Shown: positions 48,635 through 58,239 of the stretch, piece after piece | Layout: each line of letters begins with the position of its first letter | Numbering within the stretch: the stretch's first letter is position 1 | IMG/VR virus record: IMGVR_UViG_3300045988_176106 | Direction: 5' to 3' (one strand) | DNA: 64,000 nt | From: a virus | Program-made: the position numbers and the translations under genes | The notes under the pieces: generated by a model | The model's database searches: none | Told to the model about the DNA's origin: nothing | Seen by the model: only the letters and a program-made list of their open reading frames with translations

Positions 48635-48909
48635 AGTGTTTTATTTGCAATTTTCTCTTGGATCATTTTATTATCACCAAGATACACTAATTCTTTCTCT
48701 TCAGTATATTTAAATATCTGTGGAACAGTTTTAGGACGAGGAAGACCCAAATTATCAAATATACTTAACAATTCATCTTTAAGTTCAGGACGTTCGTCAA
48801 CATATAGAACTTCAACAGATTCTTCAAAATCATCAAGATAAGATTTTAAAGAATGTAAAGCTTCTTTGCAATGAGGACAATTATTTTTTGAATAAATTTT
48901 AATTTTCAT
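48631..48909 (-). CDS. glutaredoxin-like redoxin
   Basis: Start trimmed to MKIKIYSKNNCPHCKEAL. CPHC active site and TVPQIF motif. Lies between nrdB and nrdA. Confidence 0.75.
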   Translation of the reverse strand: MKIKIYSKNNCPHCKEALHSLKSYLDDFEESVEVLYVDERPELKDELLSIFDNLGLPRPKTVPQIFKYTEEKELVYLGDNKMIQEKIANKTL

Positions 48910-50092
48910 TAAATAACCCTTTAATCTCTTTGGTGGATACACCAGGAGTATCATGCTCTATATCATCAGGCAAACCAAGATTAATCATAGTTAATCCTTC
49001 ACGATAATCACCAGATCCATAATCAACAATGCCTTTTTCATATGTAGTAATTTCTACTTCTTGAGGAGCCGGTTGATCGCCCATATCATTGCCAAGCCAC
49101 TTATTAATCCATACAATAGGGTTTTCATGTACAGATTCAAATCCAGCAACTTCTTCTAGAGTGCCAATTTCAAAATACTCTAATCTTGTAGTAGCAAGAT
49201 AGCAAAGATATTTAAACAATATCTTTTCATTCAATCCGAATATTTCACCTTCTTTAAATAGGTATTTTGCCCATTCTGCTTCTTCAAGAATAACAGTACG
49301 CCACATTTCTTTAATAGCTTTTATTACTTCAGGATCTTTAGCAATAAAGGCAATATCAGGATCGTCATTTTTTACTATTTTTATAAGATTATTAGTTATA
49401 GCAACATGCACTTTCTCATCGCGGGCAATAAGAGTTATAATCCGAGCAAGACCTGGAAGTACACCATTTTTACCAAATGCAAAACTACAAGCAAATGAGA
49501 TATGGAATCTTAATGCCTCTAATGAATTTGCAGCATGTAGTGCCAAATAAATAGCTTTACAAGCTTCATATCTGGAAACTTTATTTTCATAAAATAATTG
49601 AACTTTTTCTATAGCATCATCATAATACTTAGCAATAGAATCAGAACATGTAACAATCTCTTTGATATCCAATACCGTATCTAAAACATCTTTAGGCTGA
49701 GAGAAGCTTGATTGGATAATATGAGTATACGATTTACTATGTAAAGTCTCATATGCACTCCACCATTTAACACATGCTTCTAATGTAGGATCACTAGTAG
49801 CTATGCCAAATACTAAATCAGGAGCACGTCCCATAATACTATCTAGCATTATTTGACGTTTAATATTAGATATAACTATATGTTCTTGGGCCTTAGTTAG
49901 GCTACTAAAGTTAGATCTATCTTTTGACATGTCAATCTCTTCAGGACGCCAAAAGAATCCAAGTTGTTGATCTAACAATTTAAGAATAACAGGATATTTA
50001 GGATCATCAAAACGCTGAATAGATAAACCACTTTGTTTATTTAAAAATAGTGTATCAGATACAGCATCTCTATTAAAAACTTTTGAAGACAT
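48899..50092 (-). CDS. nrdB: ribonucleoside-diphosphate reductase, class I beta subunit
   Basis: 397 aa. FFWRPEEIDMSKD and EALRFHISFA. The N terminus is colinear with bacterial NrdB, so the coding region appears complete. Confidence 0.95.
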   Translation of the reverse strand: MSSKVFNRDAVSDTLFLNKQSGLSIQRFDDPKYPVILKLLDQQLGFFWRPEEIDMSKDRSNFSSLTKAQEHIVISNIKRQIMLDSIMGRAPDLVFGIATSDPTLEACVKWWSAYETLHSKSYTHIIQSSFSQPKDVLDTVLDIKEIVTCSDSIAKYYDDAIEKVQLFYENKVSRYEACKAIYLALHAANSLEALRFHISFACSFAFGKNGVLPGLARIITLIARDEKVHVAITNNLIKIVKNDDPDIAFIAKDPEVIKAIKEMWRTVILEEAEWAKYLFKEGEIFGLNEKILFKYLCYLATTRLEYFEIGTLEEVAGFESVHENPIVWINKWLGNDMGDQPAPQEVEITTYEKGIVDYGSGDYREGLTMINLGLPDDIEHDTPGVSTKEIKGLFNEN

Positions 50093-50297
50093 TATTAAAC
50101 CTTTTTATTATTGTTATTATTCTTTAGGCATATGCCTAATAAAATGGGTCGTATAGCTCAATAATGAATACTAAGATAATAGACCCAGCTCAGCACGGAG
50201 CTGCAGCTGATGCATGCAGATCTGGCTGAGTATCTGTACAATCCCAAAGCGATTGTACAGAAAACATAAAATATAAATCCCTAAGGATTTAAGCAGG
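50093..50297 (-). ncRNA. structured GC-rich RNA element upstream of nrdB (intron-like 3' region or 5' UTR element)
   Basis: Perfect 10-bp hairpin ctgtacaatc/gattgtacag, nested ctcagc/gctgag and ctgca/tgcag stems, and a tgggt/accca stem. Shares the ordered strings atgggtcg and acccagct with the 3' end of dnaE intron 1. Confidence 0.4.
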
Positions 50298-50768
50298 CTA
50301 CTTATTTCGCCTGCTATTTTTATATTCGAGATAACGTTTATGTCTTATCTCTTTAGCTTTTTTATTTATAGGATTATCACGATTATCATCTAATACGAAA
50401 TAATCATACTCTACTCCTGGATCTGGTATAGAATCTATCAAAGACTTTAATTCTTCTTTAGTTTTAGGACAATCCCACTGATTTATCCTTAATAACCTGA
50501 TACCCATTTCAGCAGCTATGGAATCTTTTTTAGAATCTTTTAATTGCTGTAACAAAAAGCCATTTTCATCTCTATGGAAATGCTTTACAAATTTTGTATG
50601 GTGGGCCCCATCTAATTCTACCACTACACCTATTTGTTTTACAAAGCAGTCAAATCTCATGCCATTCGGCAAGGTTGCCTCATAAATCACGTCATAGTTT
50701 GGATACAATTCTTTTAAGAATCTGTATATTATACGTTGTTCTTCTGATCCTCTATTATCAGAACTCAC
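50298..50768 (-). CDS. DUF559/Vsr-like PD-(D/E)XK endonuclease, putative homing endonuclease
   Basis: 156 aa. FDCFVKQIGVVVELDGAHH...DSIAAEMGIRLLRINQWD matches the DUF559/Vsr-like endonuclease pattern. Apparent GTG start overlapping the upstream stop. Sits next to the nrd genes. Confidence 0.55.
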   Translation of the reverse strand: MSSDNRGSEEQRIIYRFLKELYPNYDVIYEATLPNGMRFDCFVKQIGVVVELDGAHHTKFVKHFHRDENGFLLQQLKDSKKDSIAAEMGIRLLRINQWDCPKTKEELKSLIDSIPDPGVEYDYFVLDDNRDNPINKKAKEIRHKRYLEYKNSRRNK

Positions 50769-51076
50769 GATTTAAGCTTTCCGGTAAAATTATAATTCAT
50801 ACCATCAATTGCAATACCAAGTCCATTATCAAAAAAGAATTTATGATAAGCATCAAATGCATCATCATTTTCTATTTTTGCAAAATTATGAGGAGCAAAT
50901 TTCCAAATAGCATCTTTATCAATTATCCTATTGATATAATATTTACCAGTAGAAATGTCAACAATACATGCTACTTCGTCGTTATCGTCTTCTAGAACAG
51001 ACACTACAAGTTGAGTATCGCCAGTTCCTTCAACTATCCATCCTTGACTTAAAGGGGCCATATGAACTATTTTCAT
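50765..51076 (-). CDS. hypothetical protein
   Basis: 103-aa ORF, coupled to its neighbours. Confidence 0.6.
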   Translation of the reverse strand: MKIVHMAPLSQGWIVEGTGDTQLVVSVLEDDNDEVACIVDISTGKYYINRIIDKDAIWKFAPHNFAKIENDDAFDAYHKFFFDNGLGIAIDGMNYNFTGKLKS

Positions 51077-51291
51077 CGTTTATCTCCATATCCAAGTAGG
51101 AAAAACATAGTCATAACTATAATTATAGATACAGATACGCAACCAATAAATACTAATGGGCCAAGAAAAACTACTGCCCAAGAAATATTTATTATTCCGA
51201 TCATTTTAAATATGCTTAAAGCAAGCATCATTCCTGATATATATCCAAATAAAAATGGTCGTATATCATCTCTTACTCTATATATTTTCAT
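51073..51291 (-). CDS. small two-TM membrane protein
   Basis: 72 aa. Hydrophobic segments FLFGYISGMMLALSIFKMIGII and VVFLGPLVFIGCVSVSIIIVMTMFFLL. Confidence 0.6.
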   Translation of the reverse strand: MKIYRVRDDIRPFLFGYISGMMLALSIFKMIGIINISWAVVFLGPLVFIGCVSVSIIIVMTMFFLLGYGDKR

Positions 51292-51292
51292 T

Positions 51293-52141
51293 TTATATCC
51301 TATATATAGGGATCATATCTTTAACAGAACACATATTATTATATTTACAAGTTCTACAAAAGATAAGATTACTGGTAAATGTTGGGTCTGCCCTACAGAA
51401 ATTAATAGCAGACTGAACATTAACCTTATTGATAGGAATTCTTTGCAATGAGATAGTATTACCTTCAGAAAAAGGAATTACTATTTCATATACATTTAGT
51501 AGATTTAATCCAAGATCATTGAAATGATTTATTATATGCAATACTCTAGGGTTAGATATAGTTCGGGCATTATTTCTTGCACCAAATACTTGGGGAGTTA
51601 GTATAAAAACTTCTATCCCATCTTCACTAACAGTAATTAAGTCTACATATTGTTGATAACATAATCTAGGATTTCTACCATATGATAAATATATTTTCTC
51701 TTTAGAGATAAAACCAGCAGAATTCTTTATTTTATCTTTTAATGTTTTAATACAAGAAACAAAGCTAATATAAAGAGTCGATAAATATTTTATTTGAGAA
51801 TCATTTATATTAAATATCTTTAATTCTTCTGTATTGTCTATATGTGATGCAAGTTCAGATATATCTACATTTGGATCTTTTAAAAAAATATTAAAAGCTT
51901 CAAATATTTTAATGCCGCAAAATTCTTTAAATCTTAAATTATTGTTATTAATGCCTTCAAAATCTACTATAAATTCTGGATAATGTAGGGCAACATCATC
52001 ATAATTAGACATTGCCTTACAAAACATTGATACTGACAAATGATTAAATGAATTAAAATTAGGAACAGTTTTTGGTAAATCAAATCCTTTAAATTCTACT
52101 TTGCCAGCAACTAAATCCTCTTCTAATTCATTATTAAACAT
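51293..52141 (-). CDS. divergent Cas4/RecB-like nuclease-fold protein with a C-terminal Cys cluster
   Basis: 282 aa. N-terminal LSVSMFCKAM and C-terminal CRTCKYNNMC (C-x2-C-x5-C), as in Cas4-type Fe-S nucleases. The D..ExK motif is not clear. Confidence 0.4.
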   Translation of the reverse strand: MFNNELEEDLVAGKVEFKGFDLPKTVPNFNSFNHLSVSMFCKAMSNYDDVALHYPEFIVDFEGINNNNLRFKEFCGIKIFEAFNIFLKDPNVDISELASHIDNTEELKIFNINDSQIKYLSTLYISFVSCIKTLKDKIKNSAGFISKEKIYLSYGRNPRLCYQQYVDLITVSEDGIEVFILTPQVFGARNNARTISNPRVLHIINHFNDLGLNLLNVYEIVIPFSEGNTISLQRIPINKVNVQSAINFCRADPTFTSNLIFCRTCKYNNMCSVKDMIPIYRI

Positions 52142-54651
52142 TACATTCCTTCTTCATAAGCAGTATTTTCAGCTACAATGGTTTTATATTCAGTCTCCGT
52201 TATTTCAACAAAGAATGCCTTTTCTGGCCATGACTTAGTATATATATTACCTTTAAATGCAGCTATTTTATTTTTACCTACGGCCCATTCTACAATAGGA
52301 CGTTTATATCGTTTAGGATCGTCAGGGTCAATATGATAAGCAGTAGCCTTTTCTCTTAAACCATGAAGCTCATTCCAGCCGTGCATAATTAAATTACTAT
52401 CATATACAAGACTATTTGACTCAGCAATATTATTATTATCTGGTTTTTGATCAAGAGGCATCTTTGTATATTCTACAGTACTAACAATAGTAGAATTATA
52501 CTTAACTGCTAATGCTTTTACTTCATGAGATAAGGTTTTATATTTTTCTCTACCTTCAGAACCATTATTAAGCTGAACCAAATGGAAATTATCTAAAAAG
52601 AAGTACAATCTTCTATTGGGATATTTATCACGATATGTTCTAAGAAGCGTCTCAATAAAATCTAAACTTCTACCGTCTATTGAGTCATAAAGTACAAATC
52701 TGTCTTCTCTGGCATAAGATAAATATTTCTTATAAAATATTTCTCTTTCATCTTTAATAGAGGCATAAAGAACAGGGTTGTCTTTATATAAATCTGGCTT
52801 AGCAAATTTATTAATATCCAATAGCTTAAACAGATACATATCATTATTTTCCCATGCCCTTAGGCATGAATCAAAACAACAAATACGAGGAAGGAGCTCT
52901 TTAGCACTATCATCAATAGATAAGAATACAACCATAGAATCTGGATTGTTCTCTACTATTCTCCACGCTAAATTAACCTCCCATGAAGTTTTACCAACAT
53001 TCGATCCACCGCCAATGAATATTACTTTACCGGATGTATCCCCATCGGTAGCAGCATTAAGAGAATGAAATTGTGGTTTACCCCAATTAATAAGACTAAA
53101 GCTATCAGTATCTTCTTGATACTCTTTAATAGCTAAAATATTATTAATGCGAGAAGAAGTTTCCATTATCCCAGCATTAAAATTCTGATTAATTTCATAA
53201 ATTTCAGTAAGAGCTTCATTAAGCGCTAATTCAGGATCAACAGAAGATTCATCAAGATTGCGCACAAGATTTTCTAAAACACGTTTTTTAGCATTTTCAA
53301 CTTTACGAGTTTTATCAGATTCAGTTTTTTCGATTTCATCTCTAATAACTTTATCACTATATCCAGTATACATTGCAAGCTCATTAATCATTCTTTCTCT
53401 ACGAATGTATGATGGCTCAGCACATATAATAGGGATTACTGCTAGTGATATAACCTCAGGATCAGTATCGGAATCAAATCTTTGCAATCTCCAAGAAAAA
53501 GAATCTATAACAGGCAAAGCTTTAAAAGCTTCTTTGCCATGTTTCCTTATATATTCATCTGGATCGGTCTTTATTTTATTGCCATCTTCGTCATATTCAT
53601 CTGGCAAAAATATAAATTTTATTTTAATATCATGTATCTTAGATGCAACATCATCAAGAATTGCTTTAGCTTTTTCAGTTCCAGCATCATCATTATCAAG
53701 ACACATAATAATTTCATAAATAGCATTGCGACGCAATGTATTTAAATGATGTTCAGAAAAATTCAAACCACAAATACCAACAGCATTAGTAATACCATTA
53801 TTATGTAGTGATAATGCATCAGAATTTCCTTCTACAACTATAACGCTTTCATTACGTTTAGCTTTATCTAGAAGATATAATCTTTCTTTTTTGCGGTATA
53901 TATTTTTCTTAATATTAGATATTGTAGATCCAATAAATTTTGGACCATTTATAAAGTTGCCTGTACTTTCATCAACTTTTCCATCATAAGCAAGATTCCT
54001 TGCTTGAAATGCAACAGGACGACCATTGTCATCACATATCGTATAAATAATATTATTAGAATTAAATATACGTTTATTGCTTAAGTCAATTTCATCTATA
54101 AATGACGCCATATAACCACAAGATTTAAGATGCTCCCGTAATTTATTAACGTCATTACATATGCCAACTTTATATGCTTTCATAAATTCTCTTGAAAAGC
54201 CTCTTTTCTTCATTTCAGCTTTTTGAAGATCATTAAAATCTTCTTGAGAAATTATATAGTTTGCAGCAGCTTCATATGCCTGATACATATTTAATTCATA
54301 TATATCATCTTCACTAAGCTTTTTATATACAAGCTCAACACCATATTTATCTGCAAGATATGTAGCAGTATTGTCTATTAAGCCTGCACCCATAATAGGT
54401 CTGCCTTCTAAGACATTTGCTACATTAAATATATCCATGACAGTATTACAGCCATGACAACGAAGAAGAGGATATCCCTCTTCAGTAGTAAACATAGACA
54501 TAGATGGCGTATGATCATCATGGTCTGGAGATAGGCATCTTATTTTATGCCCATCTTTAACATCATGACCATGTTCCTCTAAATACTGAGGAAGAAACAT
54601 ACGCAACTTATCCATCTGAGTCTTAAAATCAGTAAGTTGCTTAATAGACAT
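52141..54651 (-). CDS. bifunctional DNA primase-helicase (DnaG-type zinc finger/TOPRIM plus DnaB/gp4-like helicase)
   Basis: 836 aa. CHC2 zinc finger CLSPDHDDHTPS...RCHGCNTV. TOPRIM VVEGNSDALSLH and LDNDDAG. Walker A GGGSNVGKTS and Walker B VVFLSIDDS. Confidence 0.85.
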   Translation of the reverse strand: MSIKQLTDFKTQMDKLRMFLPQYLEEHGHDVKDGHKIRCLSPDHDDHTPSMSMFTTEEGYPLLRCHGCNTVMDIFNVANVLEGRPIMGAGLIDNTATYLADKYGVELVYKKLSEDDIYELNMYQAYEAAANYIISQEDFNDLQKAEMKKRGFSREFMKAYKVGICNDVNKLREHLKSCGYMASFIDEIDLSNKRIFNSNNIIYTICDDNGRPVAFQARNLAYDGKVDESTGNFINGPKFIGSTISNIKKNIYRKKERLYLLDKAKRNESVIVVEGNSDALSLHNNGITNAVGICGLNFSEHHLNTLRRNAIYEIIMCLDNDDAGTEKAKAILDDVASKIHDIKIKFIFLPDEYDEDGNKIKTDPDEYIRKHGKEAFKALPVIDSFSWRLQRFDSDTDPEVISLAVIPIICAEPSYIRRERMINELAMYTGYSDKVIRDEIEKTESDKTRKVENAKKRVLENLVRNLDESSVDPELALNEALTEIYEINQNFNAGIMETSSRINNILAIKEYQEDTDSFSLINWGKPQFHSLNAATDGDTSGKVIFIGGGSNVGKTSWEVNLAWRIVENNPDSMVVFLSIDDSAKELLPRICCFDSCLRAWENNDMYLFKLLDINKFAKPDLYKDNPVLYASIKDEREIFYKKYLSYAREDRFVLYDSIDGRSLDFIETLLRTYRDKYPNRRLYFFLDNFHLVQLNNGSEGREKYKTLSHEVKALAVKYNSTIVSTVEYTKMPLDQKPDNNNIAESNSLVYDSNLIMHGWNELHGLREKATAYHIDPDDPKRYKRPIVEWAVGKNKIAAFKGNIYTKSWPEKAFFVEITETEYKTIVAENTAYEEGM

Positions 54652-54658
54652 TATTGTA

Positions 54659-54982
54659 TTACTCCGCTGAGTCTACTTTATCGTCATTTGCAGCAGATGC
54701 AGTTTGTACAGCTTCTGCAGCTTTTTCAGCATCAGCAAGAGCTTCTTTTTGCATTAACTCAATTTGTTCTGTAACTTTAGCAGAAGTTTTAGCAATAGCA
54801 GCAGTTAGATCTTCTTCAGTAATAAAGTTTTTCTGAATCAAAACATCCATAAGAGAAGATGCTAAAATACTCAGATTAGCAATACCTTCTTCATGACTAA
54901 TTACGCCGTTAGAAAGATTGTTAACAGCAGCAGTTAATTGTTCTAATGTATAGACTTGTGTATTATTATTTTTTTGTGTCAT
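54659..54982 (-). CDS. hypothetical Ala-rich acidic protein
   Basis: 107-aa ORF with no recognisable motif. Confidence 0.55.
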   Translation of the reverse strand: MTQKNNNTQVYTLEQLTAAVNNLSNGVISHEEGIANLSILASSLMDVLIQKNFITEEDLTAAIAKTSAKVTEQIELMQKEALADAEKAAEAVQTASAANDDKVDSAE

Positions 54983-54995
54983 TTTATTACTTTCA

Positions 54996-55931
54996 TTAAG
55001 CTAATGATTCTTGTTGTTTTAAACATAAAGTTTTATAATTGCAATACGAACATTGCCAATCACCAATAGGATATTTCTTTTTATTAGATTCCCATTTTTC
55101 GTAATTGGTTTTTGCAATCTCCCCAGCATTGTATAACCGGATAACTTTTTCATCAGAATATACGTGTTCGTAATCTGGACGAGGAGGAACTTCTTGACTT
55201 TCTCTTAAAGAGTTAATCAATTCTGTGTATCTAGCAAGAAGATTTTCCATCGTTATTCCAGGCATATCATATGAAAATGATGCACCTTTAGAATTCTTAC
55301 AATCAATATGAATAAGGGTTTTACCCTCTTCAACTGGATTAAGTGTAACCCAGAATTCTTGATTATTTTCTGGACCAGCACAACTTCTATCAAAATAAGT
55401 TAAAAGGACTCTTTTAACTCCACCATTTTCTGGTTTAGAAAAATACATCAAATATAATGCAGCTTGCATTACATTTTGTACTTTAGGTGTAGGGGTGCGC
55501 CCAGATAATCCAATTAATTCAGACTTAGCTTTATAATTATTACTACTATAAGTCTTAGATTCTATAATTATAACTTCATCAGTTTCTGGATCTCTAACAA
55601 CAATATCAACTTCACCGGATAAATAATATTCCGGCAGTGACCATTTTACACTGTTAGCTTCCCAGATTCCCATCTGTTTACATTGTTCAGTGAGCCAATC
55701 TTCCCATAAATTACCAGCAGCAAATATATACTGACTATATTCACCAGATGGATCGCTTTCTTTATAACCTGCACAACGATACCATTGTTGTCTCATACAT
55801 GCGCCATAAATAATAGATGGATTATCCATGTCTCGACAGCTAGCAGCACTAGGATACATTGTTGGCAATCTTTTTGCTTTAAGGGCTGGCTTACGTACTA
55901 AATGATTATTTAATTTATTAAAAAAATGCAT
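54996..55931 (-). CDS. Cas4-like PD-(D/E)XK exonuclease with 4-Cys cluster
   Basis: 311 aa. N-terminal Cys (GACMRQQWYRC), GEVDIVV...VIIIESKT (D...ExK), QAALY (QxxxY), and C-terminal CSYCNYKTLC (C-x2-C-x5-C). Confidence 0.75.
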   Translation of the reverse strand: MHFFNKLNNHLVRKPALKAKRLPTMYPSAASCRDMDNPSIIYGACMRQQWYRCAGYKESDPSGEYSQYIFAAGNLWEDWLTEQCKQMGIWEANSVKWSLPEYYLSGEVDIVVRDPETDEVIIIESKTYSSNNYKAKSELIGLSGRTPTPKVQNVMQAALYLMYFSKPENGGVKRVLLTYFDRSCAGPENNQEFWVTLNPVEEGKTLIHIDCKNSKGASFSYDMPGITMENLLARYTELINSLRESQEVPPRPDYEHVYSDEKVIRLYNAGEIAKTNYEKWESNKKKYPIGDWQCSYCNYKTLCLKQQESLA

Positions 55932-56084
55932 TTAAATATTTACCATTATTGAGAAACTTTTCCACACTTACAGCACTCTTTATATGAGCCACCATTGTAA
56001 GTTTTTATTTCTTTATATTTCCATTTGTGAATACAAAACAAATTTTTATGTATCCATTTATAAATTAAATGAATATAGTACATA

Positions 56085-56477
56085 TTAATATTCAGTTAAA
56101 AAATCTATAACAGAGATTGGTAAATAGTTGGACATATTAATTGTATGTATATGTCCATCAATAACAAATACAACTTTACATTCTATTAATCCGTCATCTG
56201 CACGAAATAACCAAAAATGATGATCTTCGCCAAAATTAAAAAAGGAAAAATCAGCATAAAGCTCCATTTGATATACACTATCTCTAGTTTGAGTCATTGC
56301 AATAATAGCTTCTTTAAATTTTGTCTTGTTAATAGAAACGCCAACTATCCTGTCTCCATTAACAGATACAGCAGCAGAAATATCATGAGAATGTGCATCT
56401 ATTATTTCTTCATACTGTTTAAACGTGGTTTTAAATACAAAATTATTATAACTATCAATATAAAATTCTTTTTTCAT
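56085..56477 (-). CDS. hypothetical protein
   Basis: 130-aa ORF downstream of the dnaE terminator. Confidence 0.6.
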   Translation of the reverse strand: MKKEFYIDSYNNFVFKTTFKQYEEIIDAHSHDISAAVSVNGDRIVGVSINKTKFKEAIIAMTQTRDSVYQMELYADFSFFNFGEDHHFWLFRADDGLIECKVVFVIDGHIHTINMSNYLPISVIDFLTEY

Positions 56478-56543
56478 TAGAAACTTTCATATATTATTAT
56501 TTTTCTAATTATATACAGTTTTTTGTTTTATATAAAAAAGAAA

Positions 56544-56565
56544 AGGCTGAGATTTCTCTCAGCCT
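56544..56565 (-). terminator. intrinsic terminator after dnaE
   Basis: Minus strand reads AGGCUGAGA GAAA UCUCAGCCU followed by UUUUCUUUUUUAUAU. The stem overlaps the dnaE stop codon. Confidence 0.8.
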
Positions 56566-57997
56566 ATCTTGTAGCTATCGTAACATCAGGAAGCTTGTTT
56601 AACATCCTTATTACATCGACATCAATCAATTTGGTATAAAATGGTCCAAATCTCATTTCAAAATCAGAGTCTTTCCTATCTATATTGACAGAATCGTATT
56701 TATTAGTAGGCACTTTAACCACTATTGATACAGCACCATCTGAGTCATATTTATTCTCAGGAATAATTTCTTGTATCTTATTCAATATAGACTTAAATCT
56801 TACACTACTAGGAATATCATCTAATATAATAAAAGCTTCTTTTACTTTATTTTTATGTTCTTCTTCTCGAACCTGTTCTTTGCATCGTTCACCTAAATCT
56901 ATAGCAACATTAACAATAGAATCAATTTCGCCATTACCTTTATAACTAGGCTTAGCAGATATAACTAATTGAAGATAATTACCAGAACGTAAAATATCTT
57001 TTAGTTTAGTATAATTAGGATCAAACACAGTAGCAGAAAAACGGTTTCCTTCACGATCTATACAATCTAGGAAGCACATCTTCTTACCAGTACGAGTATT
57101 TAAAGCACGAACAGATGAAATATAAGCAACAACAGACCCAGAAAACATACCTTTGTACATTACAGCAGATTTAACTTCTTCTGATGTAAAATGTCTTTCG
57201 GTAACAGTTTTTACTACTAGATCCATAGGATCGCCAGAAATATATACTCCAATAAAATTCTTTTCGTCTTCAAGAATATCAAATAAAGAAAATTCTTTAA
57301 AGGTTTTATCATCAAAATATTCAGATTCTTTTGATAAAAATTCTTTATATCTTTCTTTTATTTCATTAGTCATCTTGCCATCTTTAGCTATTTCGCGCTT
57401 AAATGATTTCTTAGGATCAAAGTCTAATTTAAACTTTTCATAAGAACGGAGCATAACACTTCGTTTATATCCAAAACAATCCATAGATCCAGAACGTATT
57501 AAAGCATCAATAGCTTTTTTAGTAATACTTGATCCAAATAAATGTGTTTTTAATAAGAAATCGCCGAAACTTTTAAATGGGCGCAATTCCATAATTTGCT
57601 TATAAATAGGTTCACCAATATTAACAATACCAGATAAACCATAAATAATATCATTATTCCTATCTAGTGTAAAACTACTATCAGATTCATTAAGATTAGG
57701 AGGTAAAATTTTAATACCATGAGCTTTAGCATCTTCCATATAAATACGTTGAGTAGTAGAATCAGTCTCACAACTTATAATAGAACAATAAAACTCATTA
57801 GGATAATTGGCTTTAAGCCAAGCAGTATAATAGGTCAAGTGACCATACGAGTAGGCATGCGAAGCATTAAATGCATACTGCGCAAACAGCATTAGTTCTT
57901 CCCAAAATGAACTAACTTTCCTTTCATCTTCGCCAGAAGCAACAGCACCACTAATAAACTTATCTCTTAGTGATGCAAGTAAAGCAGCATCTTTTTT
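56564..57997 (-). CDS. dnaE: DNA polymerase III alpha (DnaE-type) exon 4 (fingers C-terminal part, beta-binding and OB regions)
   Basis: Begins KKDAALLASLRDKF..., completing the LRKAVG|KK motif. Contains YAFNASHAYSYGHLTYYTAWLKANYPNEF (DnaE GFNKSH-type motif). Confidence 0.9.
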   Translation of the reverse strand, partial: KKDAALLASLRDKFISGAVASGEDERKVSSFWEELMLFAQYAFNASHAYSYGHLTYYTAWLKANYPNEFYCSIISCETDSTTQRIYMEDAKAHGIKILPPNLNESDSSFTLDRNNDIIYGLSGIVNIGEPIYKQIMELRPFKSFGDFLLKTHLFGSSITKKAIDALIRSGSMDCFGYKRSVMLRSYEKFKLDFDPKKSFKREIAKDGKMTNEIKERYKEFLSKESEYFDDKTFKEFSLFDILEDEKNFIGVYISGDPMDLVVKTVTERHFTSEEVKSAVMYKGMFSGSVVAYISSVRALNTRTGKKMCFLDCIDREGNRFSATVFDPNYTKLKDILRSGNYLQLVISAKPSYKGNGEIDSIVNVAIDLGERCKEQVREEEHKNKVKEAFIILDDIPSSVRFKSILNKIQEIIPENKYDSDGAVSIVVKVPTNKYDSVNIDRKDSDFEMRFGPFYTKLIDVDVIRMLNKLPDVTIATR

Positions 57998-58239
57998 CAA
58001 TTATGTTATTCTATTGGCTTTTTATCCAATAGTTCTTATACTTCATATTTGTATAAGTTCGGCGTACATTTTCATCCTATAGGGATGTCGAACACTCTTG
58101 GAGATATTATATCTTTTCAATCTCTACGCTCTACGGTGGCTTATAGTTTCTATAAACTTACCTCGGTATTAGCATCTCAGCCTTCACCGATTTTGCTCGA
58201 TACACATTGTTTTATTACTAAAACAAGGGGCAATTACTC
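57998..58239 (-). mobile_element. ORF-less intron 3 (group I-type), 242 nt
   Basis: The 5' exon ends ...GTAGGT (U at -1) and the intron ends ...AATTG (terminal G). An in-frame stop lies 2 codons into the intron. Dense hairpins and GC-richer than the exons. Shares a 17-nt core block with intron 2. Confidence 0.75.

Noticed and set aside
48910-48954. N-terminal extension of the glutaredoxin ORF
   Set aside because: It overlaps the nrdB 3' end by 56 nt. The Met at 48909 gives the canonical short lead-in to the CPHC site.
50146-50190. tRNA-like string (gggtcgtatagctcaat...) in the nrdB-upstream region
   Set aside because: It resembles an acceptor plus D-arm start, but I could build no anticodon arm, no T-loop (GTTCRA) and no 7-bp acceptor closure. 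It is treated instead as part of a structured RNA.
50594-51451. Plus-strand ORFs 50594-50995 and 51062-51451
   Set aside because: They are antisense to coupled minus-strand genes, with I/F/L/N-rich low-complexity translations.
52778-53745. Plus-strand ORFs inside the primase-helicase gene (52778-53068, 53258-53719, 53482-53745)
   Set aside because: They are antisense to a motif-rich 836-aa ORF and have Ser/Leu/Ile-rich translations without motifs.
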